Shown here: positions 38,640-51,451 of the stretch, piece by piece
Position numbering within the stretch: position 1 is the first letter of the stretch
How the letters are laid out: the number at the start of each line of letters is the position of its first letter
Assembly (NCBI GenBank): GCA_951406725.2
Contig: OX597823.1
Span: 11,594,001 to 11,658,000, forward strand
Length of the DNA stretch: 64,000 nt
Direction of reading: 5' to 3'
From: Octopus vulgaris
Lineage: Eukaryota
The notes under the pieces: generated by a model
Databases searched by the model: none
Told to the model about the DNA's origin: nothing
The model's input: the letters and a program-made list of their open reading frames with translations, nothing else
Program-made: the position numbers and the translations under genes

Positions 38640-39179
38640 TCAATGTCTATTTGCCTAATTAAACTCACCATGTTTTGGTGAACCAGAGGCTCTCAAGATG
38701 CAATGAGATTAAATGTTGAACCACATAGTCATGAAATGAATTCTTTAACCACTCAGCCATACATCTTCCTTCACTTTAGAACAAAAGATTATTCTTTGCT
38801 CTGAATATATGTATTTCTCACATTGTTTTTACTCTCTCTCTCTCTCTCTGTAAATAAATGCACTTCTAATGTGTTAAAGAATTCCATGAATGTATTCATA
38901 TACTGGATTATATCATTGATGTTCTTTGTCTGCTGTCATATTTGGAATGGTCAATGTAATCCTTTGTTGTCTGAGATTAACTAGATCAACTAGCTAATCT
39001 TATAGAATTTATTATTCCTTGATGTAAGTTCTGGCTCTCTTCAGAGTTTTATGTCTTCTCAGTTATTTATTATGTCTTATTATGTATCATAGTCATAGTA
39101 TTCCTTCCCCTAAGTTTAGCAGCAGCAGTAGTAGTAGCAGTAACAGCAATATTTGCTTATCTGGGTTTTATTTGTAATA

Positions 39180-39400
39180 CTCTTCTACTCTTCTACTTGT
39201 TTCAGTCATTTGACTGCGGCCATGCTGGAGCACCGCCTTTAATCAAGCAACTCGACCCCGGGACTTATTCTTTGTAAGCCCAGTACTTATTCTATCGGTC
39301 TCTTTTTGCCGAACCGCTAAGTGACGGGGGACATAAACACACCAGCATCGGTTGTCAAGCGATGTTGGATGGGACAAACACAGACACACAAACATACACG

Positions 39401-39442
<42 letters not shown>

Positions 39443-39600
39443 TACGACGGGCTTCTTTCTGTTTCCATCTACCAAATCCACTCACAAGGCTTTGGTCGGC
39501 CCGAGGCTATAGTAGAAGACACTTGCCCAAGGTGCCACGCAGTGGAACTGAACCCGGAACCATGTGGTTGGTAAACAAGCTACTTACCACACAGCCACTC
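39180..39600 (-). mobile_element. SINE family A
   Basis: Reverse complement of family A. Confidence 0.9.
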
Positions 39601-39717
39601 CAAAACAAAATTTCTCACTGCTCATTTTTGAAACAAATATGATTATAGGAATCACTTGGTGTCAGGTTCGATCTCATTTCCTGCAAGGGGCTTCTCCCTA
39701 GTCATCATCGTCATTAT

Positions 39718-39749
<32 letters not shown>

Positions 39750-39851
39750 TCCCATGTTTATGGGGGTTAGACTGGTCATTCTCAGTTAATACCATATCTT
39801 TCTTTTGTCAACTCTTTTGTAAAGGTCCAACATCCTGAAGTTAACCTTCAC

Positions 39852-40057
39852 CTCTTTTACTACTTGTTTCAGTCATTTTGACTGCGGCCATGCTGGAGCA
39901 CCGCCTTTAGTCGACCAAATCGACCCCCCAGGACTTATTCTTTGTAAGCCTAGTACTTATTCTATCGGACTCTTTTTGCCGAACCGCTAAGTTACAGGGA
40001 CGTGAACACACCAACATCGGTTGTCAAGCGATGTTGGGGTCAAACACAGACACACAA

Positions 40058-40088
<31 letters not shown>

Positions 40089-40256
40089 CATATATACGAC
40101 GGGCTTCTTTTCAGTTTCCGTCTACCAAATCCACTCACAAAGCTTTGGTCGGCCCGAGGCTATAGCAGAAGACACTTGCCCAAGGTTCCACGCAGTGGGA
40201 CTGAACCCGGAACCATGTGGTTGGTAAGCAAGCTACTTACCACACAGCCACTTTGC
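39852..40256 (-). mobile_element. SINE family A
   Basis: Reverse complement of family A. Confidence 0.9.
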
Positions 40257-40279
40257 TTATGTTTTCTTTAGTTTTCCTC

Positions 40280-41484
40280 TTTCATAGTTTCCTTTCGCCT
40301 GAATCTCTTATCACTTCTTCAATGTAGTTATCTCTCTTGTACACTGTATCTGATTTTCCTTAATCTCATTTTTTCTCTAAGCTCATCTGGATCTCCCTAT
40401 TAATACACACTAGCATTATACATCCAGTGGAACACACTTATTTCTTTCTGGAAATTAAATATCTACATTGAGTGTCCATGACTCACTATTGCGTGGCATT
40501 TTAATTACTACGCAAACATAATATAATCTACCTTTCACTTGAAGAAAGAATCCTCTCATTGGCAGAGCTAATATAAGCTCCCTTAACCTTTACTATCGTT
40601 TCTTATTCTGATTTGTATGCTTTCAGAGTATCCTTTGTCCTCCTATCAGATGCTATCAACTAGTTTTTATAGCACTTGTCTGGCATAAGATGGAATTATT
40701 TCACTTAGTGTTGGGACTGCTAACTACCCCTGTGTGTCTTCTCCATATGGCCATTATTCACTTTCAGGCTGCCTTTGACCCTACTACACATCTCATGCAT
40801 CCATAGATCACACTCTGTGCACCGCATGAAATTTGGACTGAATCCTTTTCTGTATATCAAGCCTGATGACTGTGGAATCATGTCTACTCACCAAAACCTC
40901 AGCCTTTAGTGAGTTTGCTTTAAGGTCTCCTGATTCTAGGTTTCGTTTTCACATCTGGAATTTCTACTCTATGTCTTCCACAGCCTCCACAGTAAGTACT
41001 CAGTCATAAGCATCTAGAGGTTTCCCATGGACAGCTGGCCTTAACCCTTTCGTTACTGTATTTATTTTGAGATGCTCTGTGTTTCTTTAAATATAACAAA
41101 GAATTTAGTAAAATAACTTAGTTATCATTCAGCTAGTGTTAGGAACATAAATTGTGACTAAGGTTTGGCGGAAGATTTTAATTCAAAACATATGAAAACA
41201 AAACATTTGTACTACAGAGCCAGTTTCAGCCGGGTTGGTAACAAAAGGGTTAAACTGCTTTATTATAATTTGGAAGCAGAAGCAAAATTGAAAATTAAGC
41301 TTTGATGGTTAGATACCTGCACACAAAATTCCTTACTGAATTGCTGACTCTCACTTTGTTGAGTACTTAACAGTAAATGGTTTGCATCATTCTCAAACCA
41401 TTCATATACTTCTAGTTTTCTTAGAGACCACTTAATTTGAGGTCAGCAAATGCTATGGAGAAAGGTTTACAATAGTTTCAGTAG

Positions 41485-41534
<50 letters not shown>

Positions 41535-42125
41535 CAGTAATGTCTCCACTTGGCACAAACCCTGAATGCATCTCATCTAAACTGATTCTCCTTTTAATTA
41601 GTCATACTAATTCTGGTACTTTCAAACTTTCAGTTAATTTGATGTTTCTGTAGTTACTTTTTCTACAAGATCCTTTGCCCTTATAGCAGTTGATGATTAT
41701 ACTGTTATGCCATTCATCTGGTATAACACCTTTATTTATTATTTGGTTAACTCTGCAGGTGACTAGCTTGAGCCCTACTTTCGCAGATATTTTCAGCATC
41801 ACTACAACTATCTTTGATGAACCTGCTTCTTTCCTTGTCTTCATATCCTTAATGACCATTTTGATCATTCAACCATCCATTGCAGTAGCTGATCCTATTG
41901 TTGGTATAAGTGGTATACTTCTTCCTTTCACACATTTTCAACATTCATCATTCTCTCAAGCAAACATTTCTCAAGTCTCTTTTTTATATATTTTGCCAGA
42001 ATCAGTTGTACTGATTAGCTTACCATTATCATTTCGGGGCCCAAATTTTACAAAGTTCATTTTGACACTCTGCTTTGCAAGAGTTTCTGTGGTAGCTGGC
42101 ATGCATATAGCTAGTTTATACTAGA
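40280..42125 (-). mobile_element. Decayed RTE-clade LINE ORF2, split by a MITE and an (AG)n-containing segment
   Basis: IKDMKTRKEAGSS...IPDEWHNSIIINCYKGKG...NYRNIKL (41602-41868); CPWE just upstream of the decayed YADD region near 41000; RCTECDLWMHEMCS near 40800; VKGRLY...SESW near 40480-40540. Confidence 0.8.
41045..41249 (+). mobile_element. piggyBac-type MITE family E
   Basis: TTAA|CCCTTTCG...CAAAAGGG|TTAA. Confidence 0.88.
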
Positions 42126-42902
42126 AGGATCTAGATTTGGACTAAACAGTAGTAGTCATTTCCAGTGAGAGGTTATTGTTGTTTAGTCCTGTTGGAACAG
42201 ACCTGTAACTAAGAGTATTTATGATGTGATCATCCTGTCTTCGTTAAGTTATAATGTTTCCATTTACATTTTTGTGATACACTTAAGATTTCTGGTTGAT
42301 TTAGTTTATATTTCTAAAAGGACAGACAATCTCATGAGGCTCATTCATTGATTTGTCGAATGGGATGTGTACATGTGTGTATTGGTATAAATCTTATAGT
42401 TAGTTTATAGAGCCACTGGTATACTTTACTAATGATACAGATCACTAAGGAAACAGATATTTATAACTGTTCCCAAGGGAACTAAAACTTTGCTGTAGCA
42501 TTGATCTGAAAATCCCACCATAAATATATTAGGGTAAAAATCCGGGGTTCAAGTAACTCCCTTGGATGCTTCTTAGGTTCTATATTTCAGGAGTAATTAG
42601 TTTTGTTTCTGCTCCTCTAAATAGAATTTTGAAGTATATTTTAAGAATCCTGATCAGATTGCAAATAACATCTAAGAAATAGATTTAAATGAATTTCTCA
42701 GTTTAACCATATTCAGTATTTCAACAGCCTGATGTCCATGTGTATATATATGTTATATGTATTTGTGCTTGTGTATTGTAGACATCTTAGATAAGAACTA
42801 AATAATACAACATAGATATTTACTAGATGTATTGGCTACTCATTACTCTGGTCATACTACTACTTACAAATATACCACTATAAGATAATAATAATAATAA
42901 TA

Positions 42903-43172
42903 ATCATCATCGTTTAACGTCCGTTCTGCATGCTAGCATGGGTTGGACGGTTCGACCGGGGATCTGGGAAGCCAGAAGGCTGCACCAGGCTCCAGTCTTA
43001 TCTGGCAATGTTTCTACAGCTGGATGCCCTTCCTAACGCCAACCACTCCGTAATTGTAGTGGGTGCTTTTTACGTGCCACCTGCACAGGTGCCAGGCAAG
43101 GCTGGCATCGGCCACGGTTGGATTGGTGCATTTTATGTGCCACCGGCACGGAAGCCAGTCGAGGCGGCACTA
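42903..43172 (-). mobile_element. RTE 3' end (family C)
   Basis: Near-identical to 27480-27755; sits in (AAT)n. Confidence 0.8.
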
Positions 43173-43387
43173 ATAATGATAATGATAATAATCATTTCTG
43201 CTATAGGTATGTGCTCTGAAATTTGGGTGAAGGGGCCAGTTAATTGAATTGATCTATGTGTGCAACAGGTACTTATTTTAATTGATCCTGAAAGGATTAA
43301 AGAAAAGTCGACCTTGGCGGAATGCTGTTAAACATTTTCTCCCTCATGCTAATGTTTCTGCCAGCTCACCACCTTAATAATAATAGA

Positions 43388-43918
43388 TGCAGTTCTAGGC
43401 ACTGGCTCTCAAGGTTTCTGATCTTAACTGATAGGAAGTGTTATATGTCTTGGTATAAAAGATGGGCTACAACAAATATTCTGCTCAATACCACAGACTT
43501 GCTTGTCAGTTGTTTGGCCATAACCAGTTGAACATGTCCCTTGGTGGCTGACGATATGTGCATCTCTGATCATGAGCAGAAGTAGCGGGGGAGCATCATA
43601 GCCATGTGTTGAGAGGAATTATTTGGAGCTTGTAGTTCACCTCTGGGGACATGGGTGTTTCATTCAACATCCTTTAACAAACCTTATTCAGGGCTTTTTG
43701 TGCGGAATGGGCTACTCAACCTGAAGAAAATTTCGAGTCCTACCTGCAAGATGATGTGCTCTTTATCTTGAAATGAGATCACCATGTCGCGCACATATGG
43801 TTGTGAAGCATGTGCCTGGTGTACCCTTATCAGACGGGTAGTCATGATGGGCATGCTAGGCTCTGTATATGTTATCCTAGTGTTACTTTGATGGCATGCA
43901 CTGCTCTCTCACTCAGTA
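43388..43918. mobile_element. Probable retroposed element of unknown family
   Basis: A ~530-bp block richer in GC and CpG than its surroundings, bounded by (AAT)n on both sides; single copy here. Confidence 0.35.
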
Positions 43919-44171
43919 ATAATAATAGTAATAAAATAATGATGATGATGATGATTTTCTACTTTGGGTACAAGGCCAACAGTTTTAAGAAGGGATTAGT
44001 TGATACTCATAACTATGTAAGAATGAAAGGCAAAGCTGACCTTCAGGAAATTTGAACCTAAAAAGTTAGTAGCAGTTTTCCAGTGCCCAGGCAGTTCTAC
44101 TTTTATAAAAACATTTTTTCATTGATGCACCATATGATTATTTCTCTGGCAAGAAACTGGAGACATGAGAG

Positions 44172-44208
<37 letters not shown>

Positions 44209-44882
44209 GTAGTAGTAGTAGTAGTAGTAGTAGTAACATCAGCAATAGGTGTATATACACACACATATATGCAAGTGTGTGTGGTGGGGTTGCATGTATC
44301 GTATATGTATACAAATAGAAGGAAAGAGCATTCAGTAGATTTTGCAGGATTTATATTCATTGAAGGATGGTTTGTGAGTTAAGAATCCATTACTTGAAAT
44401 TTCATAGGCACAGGAAGTATGTTTAATCATTCAAACCTCCCATTTGTGTTTGTGTGTATGTTCTGATTGATAAATGTGTTTAGCAGGGTTTTTTTCTCTT
44501 CTCTTCCGTGTGTGTGTGTGTTTATAGCTTGATAAGTTGATAGATAATTGTTGATAAGGGATTTAGCACTTGATAGTGTAGAGACACATATTTTGTCCCT
44601 CTTTGAACTGAGGTACTGTCATAAAAGTCACTGTGTAAGATCCCTGGAAGATTCCTAGATTTATTTTATGGTTCTTATTTCTTTGGCCTAAAACATTTAC
44701 ATAATGGAAATTAATGTCTAATGGATCCAAGAGACAGGATGTCCCCCTCAAAATTGACATTATTTGAAATGTGCATTTATGAGTAACTGTATATCCTATG
44801 CAAATGAAATTCAATAGGTTTCATGTTGAACAACAAAGGACTTTTTTTTTTATCAAAATTCAAACGAGAGATTCAGATTGAT

Positions 44883-45100
44883 CTTTTTACTCTTTTACTT
44901 GTTTCAGTCATTTGACTGCGGCCATGCTGGAGCACCGCCTTTAATCGAGCAACTCAACCCCGGGACTTATTCTTTTGTAAGCCCAGTACTTATTCCATCG
45001 GTCTCTTTTGCCGAACCGCTAAGTAACGGGGACATAAACACACCAGCATCGGTTGTCAAGCAATGCTAGGGGGACAAACACAAACACACAAACACACACA

Positions 45101-45143
<43 letters not shown>

Positions 45144-45305
45144 GACGAGCTTCTTTCAGTTTCCGTCTACCAAATCCACTCACAAGGCTTTGGTCGGCCC
45201 GAGGCTATAGTAGAAGACACTTGCCCAAGGTGCCACGCAGTGGGACTGAACCCGGAACCATGTGGTTGGTAAACAAGCTACTTACCACACAGCCACTCCT
45301 GCGCC
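44883..45305 (-). mobile_element. SINE family A, full length
   Basis: Reverse complement of family A starting GGCGCAGGAGTGGC. Confidence 0.9.
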
Positions 45306-45812
45306 TATATAGATTTTATAACTGATTTTACAAATGTTTAACATGCTTATTCCCTGTGACACAGCACACATTAAGCCAGCAGTTCAGCTCCTGCCAAACA
45401 TGCCATAGCGTATCTAGTGTAACATTTTCCACAGCCTCAGTGATTCTCTGCTTGAGTTGCTCTTGGCTTGTAGACAGCGAGGGTGGATATAGACCAGTCC
45501 TTTTACATAGCCCCCATAGAAAAAAATCACAAGGTCTCAGATCAGGTGAACATTTCAACAGCACAATGTCATTATCACTGGGACATCTCATTGAGATAAC
45601 CCAGCACATTCAGCTTCCAATGAGGTGGGGCCCCATCTTATTGAAAAATGAAGTGTTCATGCTCATTTGCAGTGAGCTCATCAAATAACCATTTCTGAAG
45701 CATTTGCAAATAGACTCCGCCAGTCATGTTTTCTTTAAAGAAAAACAGTCCATAAAGACGATTCTTCATTAAAATTTGAGATCATTTAAGCAAGAACTGA
45801 CTATATTATTAA

Positions 45813-46031
45813 CCCTTTAGTATTTAAACCGGCCATATCCGGCCAAAATAGTTAATCTGTTTTATGTTCAAACTGACCAAATCCAGGCTCTCACACCTAC
45901 CCTACAATGTTATTCTACATTAAGTAATTACACCATCAAGATCTTGATGATATGAGATAATGCATGATTAATTCAAATCAATGGGAATCAATAGGCATTA
46001 TGTTTGATTGAGTAATCTGAACACTAAAGGG
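45813..46031 (-). mobile_element. piggyBac-type MITE family D
   Basis: TTAA TSD; reverse complement of the 25782 copy. Confidence 0.9.
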
Positions 46032-46286
46032 TTAAACTATGAAATGATGTTAATTTTGGGAAGGACACCCTGTATACTGTAGTGGAATGCAGCAAAGAAT
46101 TTTAAGGTATATGGTTTGTGTGTAGTTGTACTGATTAATATATTTGATTTGAGTATTTCTAAATATAAGAAATGCATTTGGTAGAAGGGTGACAGATTTA
46201 TGGTTACACATTCCAATGTATGACTTCAAAGTAGCACATATTAAGATTTCAGTTACTGTCATTGTATTAACAAATACTCTTCCCAT

Positions 46287-46672
46287 TGTGGAGGCGCAAT
46301 GGCCCAGTGGTTAGGGCAGCGGACTCGCGGTCGTAGGATCGCGGTTTCGATTCCCAGACCGGGCGTTGTGAGTGTTTATTGAGCGAAAACACCTAAAGCT
46401 CCACGAGGCTCCGGCAGGGGATGGTGGTGATCCCTGCTGTACTCTTTCACCACAACTTTCTCTCACTCTCACTTCCTGTTTCTGTTGTACCTGTATTTCA
46501 AGGAGCCGGCCTTGTCACTCTCTGTGTCACGCTGAATATCCCCGAGAACTACGTTAAGGGTGCACGTGTCTGTGGAGTGTTCAGCCACTTACACGTTAAT
46601 TTCACGAGCAGGCTGTTCCGTTGATCGGATCAACCGGAACCCTCGTTGTCGTAACCGACGGAGTGCTTCCCC
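46287..46672 (+). mobile_element. Young full-length tRNA-derived SINE family F, tail type 1
   Basis: A box TGGCCCAGTGGTTAGG, B box GTTTCGATTCC, CpG-rich; perfect 11-bp TSD ACTCTTCCCAT at 46276-46286 and 46673-46683. Confidence 0.92.
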
Positions 46673-47231
46673 ACTCTTCCCATATTCTCCAAATCTGTAA
46701 AAACCTCTTTCATATTAATCTCTCCTCTCTCACACTCTCTCTCAAAAATTTAGTAGTTTTGTTTTATCTTATTCTTACATAATTTCACATCAGATACAAT
46801 AGCATTTATTAATTCTCCATTAAGCAATTGATTGCTGCAACATGAGATATTGACCAGTTACTGTTGACAGTATTTTCCTCTTTGCTAAGCACTGTTCTTT
46901 AAAATGCAACTCAGCCATCTATCAATACTCCATAAATTAAATCTTGATATTTAATTGTTGCTTCATGTTCCACAAAAAAGATTTGTCTGGACTGAAAACT
47001 TATCGGAAACCTATTCCCTTGTTACTTTGATGTGGGGATTGATTTATAAATGCAGTTAGATACAAATTGAAATTCAATGATTCTTCCCCCACTCTCCCTC
47101 TCTCCATATACACATGCAATATGTGTGTGTATGTGTGTGTGTATATGCATATGTTTCATATAGTAGTTCAGAGCTTATTGTTTTTATATCAGTTAGGCCT
47201 TTATTTTTAAAGAAACTGTTTTTATCAAATA

Positions 47232-47606
47232 CTAGCAGTATCGCCCGGCGTTGCTCGGGTTTGTAAGGGAAATAACTATATAAGCATTTTTAGAGAGTTA
47301 TAACCAAAAAATAGCAAAAAAATTATGGTAAATTTTTTAAATCGTTGACTCATCGTAGACATTTTTAGAGAGTTACTTCCCTTATATAATAGTGAAAAAA
47401 AATGCATTAAAATGGAAATAAATGATGGTAAATTTTTTTTTAAATCGTAGACTTATCGTAGACGCGCACTAATACCCAGAAGGGCTCGATATGAATCACG
47501 ACTATAAGATACCCGGTTTTGGATAAACTGCACCGCAAAATGTGGGTGTAGTTAGGAATCTAAATCGTAGGAGACAGACACACAACTTCTCTTTTATATA
47601 TAAAGA
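47232..47606 (-). mobile_element. Non-autonomous Helitron (375-bp variant)
   Basis: A|CTAGCAGTATCGCCCGGCGTTGCTCGGG ... TTTTATATATAAAGA|T on + strand, i.e. TC...CTAG on minus. Confidence 0.85.
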
Positions 47607-48053
47607 TATGTGACTGTAAGATGATGCTCTGAAACTTTTGTAATTTCTAAAGCTAGATCTAAATTTCAATGATTAGGAACTGTGATACAGATATCCTGGT
47701 GTAGAATTCAATATACATATGTTAGCTTCTGAACGAAGCATTTGTTGAGTACAGAGCAGTAATATGAAAAAGAGATGACAAAGAAATAAGGGATCTTATG
47801 AATGCCATTAGCTCACAGCTGTTTCTGCTATAGTCATGTTCCTACAAAATTATTACAATTTCTTTTCACTCACTTGTTTTCCTTCATTTCATGAGGTGAA
47901 ATGGAATAAATCACGTATTTTGTTTTTATATTTATATCTCTATTAAGAAAAACAAAATCCACCAGTGTTTTAATATGTATGAAGAAAGCTGCAGAAAGGG
48001 CAGAGTTGAAGTGCATGGTATGTCAACATAAATGTATGTGTGTGCGTATGTAT

Positions 48054-48720
48054 ACATCATCATCATCATTTAATATCTGTTTTCCATGCTAGCATAGGTT
48101 GGACGGTTTGACCGGGGTCTGGGAAGCCAGGAGGCTACGCCAGGCTCCAGTCTGATCTGGCAGTGTTTCTACAGCTGAATACCCTTCCTAATGCCAACCA
48201 CTCCGTGAGTGTAGTGGGTGCTTTTTATGTGCCACCAACACGGACGCCAGTCAGGCAGCACTGGCATCAGCCACGTTCGGATGGTGCTTTTTACATGCCA
48301 CCGACACAGGGGCCAGAGGAGGCTGGCAAACGGCCACAATCAGTTGGTGCTTTTTACGTGTCACCAACACGGACGCCAGTCAGGCAGCGCTGGCATCAGC
48401 CACGTTCGGATGGTGCTTTTTACGTGTCACCAACACGGACGCCAGTCAGGCAGCGCTGGCATCAGCCACGTTCGGATGGTTCTTTTTACGTGCCACCGGC
48501 ATGGGTATCATGACTACAATTTCCATTTGATTTTTATTTTGATGTTGACGTTGACATACTTAACTCAATAGGTCTCCTCAAGCACAGCGGGTTACCGTAC
48601 GATCCGAGGTTAGCACAGCAGGCCATCCTGTGAGCCATGAGCTCACTTCATTTGTCTGGTTTTCTCAGTCACAGCATATCTCAGAGGTCTCGTCATTTCC
48701 TCTGTGAGGCCCAATGTGCC
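48054..48720 (-). mobile_element. 5'-truncated RTE LINE: ORF2 C-terminal remnant plus 3' UTR (longest family C copy)
   Basis: Minus translation TLGLTEEMTRD/..YAVTEKTRQMK* near 48645-48718, internal ~66-bp repeats, (GAT)n tail. Confidence 0.75.
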
Positions 48721-48744
48721 ACATATATATATATATATATAAAA

Positions 48745-48974
48745 GGCGGTGAGCTGTCAGAAATGTTAGCATGCCGGGCGAAATGCGTAGCCGTATTTCG
48801 TCCGCCGTTATGTTCTGACTTCAAATTCTGCCGAGGTCGACTTTGCCTTTCATCCTTTCGGGGTCGATAAATAAAGTACCAGTTACGCACTGGGGTCGAT
48901 GTAATCGACTTAATCCCTTTGTCTGTCCTTGTTTGTCCCCTCTAAGTTTAGCCCCTTGTGGGCAGTAAAGAAAT
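48745..48974 (+). mobile_element. SINE family B, full length
   Basis: GGCGGTGAGCTGTCAGAA head, TTCAAATTC B-box-like motif, tail GTGGGCAGTAAAGAAATA. Confidence 0.85.
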
Positions 48975-49188
48975 ATATATATATTTTTTTTTTTTATGGA
49001 TATGTACATAATATTGGAAAGTCATCTGAGATATATATTTTATGATATTGTTTAGGATAATTTATTGTTGAAATTTCAAATTTGATTCTATGTTGAATCT
49101 GATGGAATACAAGCACAAAATTCTGCCTGCTTTCAATGGACAGGAGAAATGATATTGTATGATGTTTGTACATATTTAGGTGCATTAA

Positions 49189-49409
49189 CCCTTTAGCATT
49201 TAAACCGGCCATATCTGGCCAAAAGTATTCTGCCTGTTTTATGTTCAAACTGGCCGGATCTGGTCTCTCACACCACCCCTACAATATCGTTTGAAAGATT
49301 AACAGCTTCCTCATCAAAATCTCATAACTACAAGATAATGCATGATTAGTTCAAAACAATGTGGATAAAAAAGGATTAATTTGGGCAGAATAATGCGAAC
49401 ACTAAAGGG
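49189..49409 (-). mobile_element. piggyBac-type MITE family D (221 bp)
   Basis: TTAA TSD; reverse complement of the 16696 copy. Confidence 0.9.
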
Positions 49410-49519
49410 TTAAAGATGTAGGTGTTATGAAATTGCTACGAACCCTATTTCAAAACTGAGTTGTAAACTCAGCGTGCTTGTAGCTTACAACCTTGTATTT
49501 ACATTTACAGACATTTATA

Positions 49520-49925
49520 GGCGTAGGAGTGGCTGTGTGGTAAGTAGCTTGCTAACCAACTACATGGTTCCGGGTTCAGTCCCACTGCGTGGCATCTTGG
49601 GCAAATGTCTTCTGCTATAGCCTCGGGCTGACCAATGCCTTGTGAGTGGATTTGGCAGACGGAAACTGAAAGAAACCCGTCGTATATATGTATATATATG
49701 TGTGTATGTATGTGTGTGTATATGTTTGTGTGTTTGTCCCCTCTAGCATTGCTTGACAACCGATGCTGGTGTGTTTACGTCCCCGTCACTTAGCGGTTCG
49801 GCAAAAGAGACCGATAGAATAAGTACTGGGCTTACAAAGAATAAGTCCTGGGGGGTCGATTTGCTCGACTAAAGGCGGTGCTGCAGCATGGCCGCAGTCA
49901 AAGGACTGAAACAAGTAAAAGAGAG
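49520..49925 (+). mobile_element. SINE family A, full length
   Basis: GGCGTAGGAGTGGC head to AAGTAAAAGAGAG tail. Confidence 0.9.
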
Positions 49926-50498
49926 TGTAATTAAGTTGCTTTTGTATCAGATTACAAATCTGATGCTATTCTCGTTTCAAACACCATTTTGTTCCCTTAT
50001 TTCCTGTCTCACATTGATGCACATAATCTATAATGCAATTTACATTAAACTTTAGCCCTTAATTTATAACTTGCAAACCTGGTGTTCAGTTTCTGCCTGC
50101 GTGACGTGAGTTAATCTGGTTGTAACTAAGAGGTTATCTGATAAGCATTAAGGTCATGTTAACTACCAAACATACACACACACACACACACATGCTTTGT
50201 TCATCTTAGCTTATGAAACATTTGGAATAATCTAAGATTTTTCTCTGCATCTGTAATTTTGTAAAGGTATTGATTGTATTGACTCATCTCAGTATTAAAT
50301 AATCTGCAAAGAGTTATGTCATTTATTCATAGGTAAATGTTTTCTTACACTATCAAATTAGATTGAGTTCGATGATTTTTACAGTGAATTTATATATATA
50401 TTTAAACTTTATCGTACTAAAGCAATTTACTAAAACTTAAATGAAAAACGTGATTTGTGGTTTTTATATATTGGGCCATATGTAATACTTTATTACTA

Positions 50499-50547
<49 letters not shown>

Positions 50548-51299
50548 GTATATATATATGTATATGTATATATATATATGTATATGTATATATATATATA
50601 TGTATATATATGTGTGTATTTTTTTTCTGCACTTACTCACACATGCACACAGTCTTTATTTGTTATGCAATACACAAGACATTTTTAAGCAGGCTTTGTG
50701 TGATAGAAATTTAAATTTTGTCGTTTTTATTATTTCAATTGTACTTATGTAATTACTTAATTATTTTGATGCAAAGACATTTGGGCTCCTCCTTGGCTGA
50801 GTAGGAAGTTTTTACTTTATATATCCCAAATGAAATTCAATTTATTCATATATTCTTTATATGATTTTACAAACATCTTTACCATTCTTTTATGTTTCCA
50901 TGTTTCTATATTTTCTATAGAACTTCTGTGTTTTGTTTTCCCTCCCCTCATTTTCTTTCATCTCATTATCATTTTATTTCTTTCATCACCAAAAATCCTG
51001 CAAATGACCTTCACATTAGTATCACAGATGACGCTTTTAGTAGTCGTATGCCCTTACCTCTGCACTACAATAAAGCAGTAGTATCTATATTTACATGTTA
51101 GCTTGTGTGAGTCAAAAGAGAGAGAGAGAGAGAGAGTGTATATGTGTGCACCATGTAATGTATGTATGTTAACAGGGTAATATATTTTGGGCAAATTATT
51201 CTTCCTACCTTTTAGTTAGTTTTGTTTCTGCTCATAATAGTGCATTCATCCCATGGCCTTATTTGCTCTGATTGTGCTGTGTTCTCGTTCAAAGATCTA

Positions 51300-51451
51300 T
51301 TGGCACAACATTGACCATTTCCTGCCCTTATATTTGGCCTTCAGTTGGTCCAGATTTTTGAAGTATAGGATTTCTATACACACTTTCTTTCAGATGATCC
51401 CACAAAAGGAAGTCTCAACAATTCAGATCAGGGCTCAGCACAGGCCATGGG
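51300..51451 (-). mobile_element. Tc1/mariner transposase fragment
   Basis: Minus translation PWPVLSPDLNC*DFLLWDHLKESVY, matching the WPxxSPDLxPxDFxLWGxLK motif. Confidence 0.75.

Larger units (their letters stand above)
44735..46072 (-). mobile_element. Tc1/mariner-superfamily transposon remnant carrying two nested insertions
   Basis: TIRs CAGGATGTCCCCCTCAAAATTGACAT (44735) and the reverse complement TA|CAGGGTGTCCTTCCCAAAATTAACAT (46072). Transposase motifs GLFFF, FQ*DGAPPHW, SPDLRPCDFFLWG and LKQRITEA...HVKHL*. Confidence 0.85.

Noticed and set aside
41690-42124. 144-aa hydrophobic plus-strand ORF
   Set aside because: It is the antisense of the RTE remnant.
46287-46365. tRNA gene
   Set aside because: A and B boxes are present, but there is no proper acceptor stem or terminator, and the sequence continues into a SINE body with a TSD.
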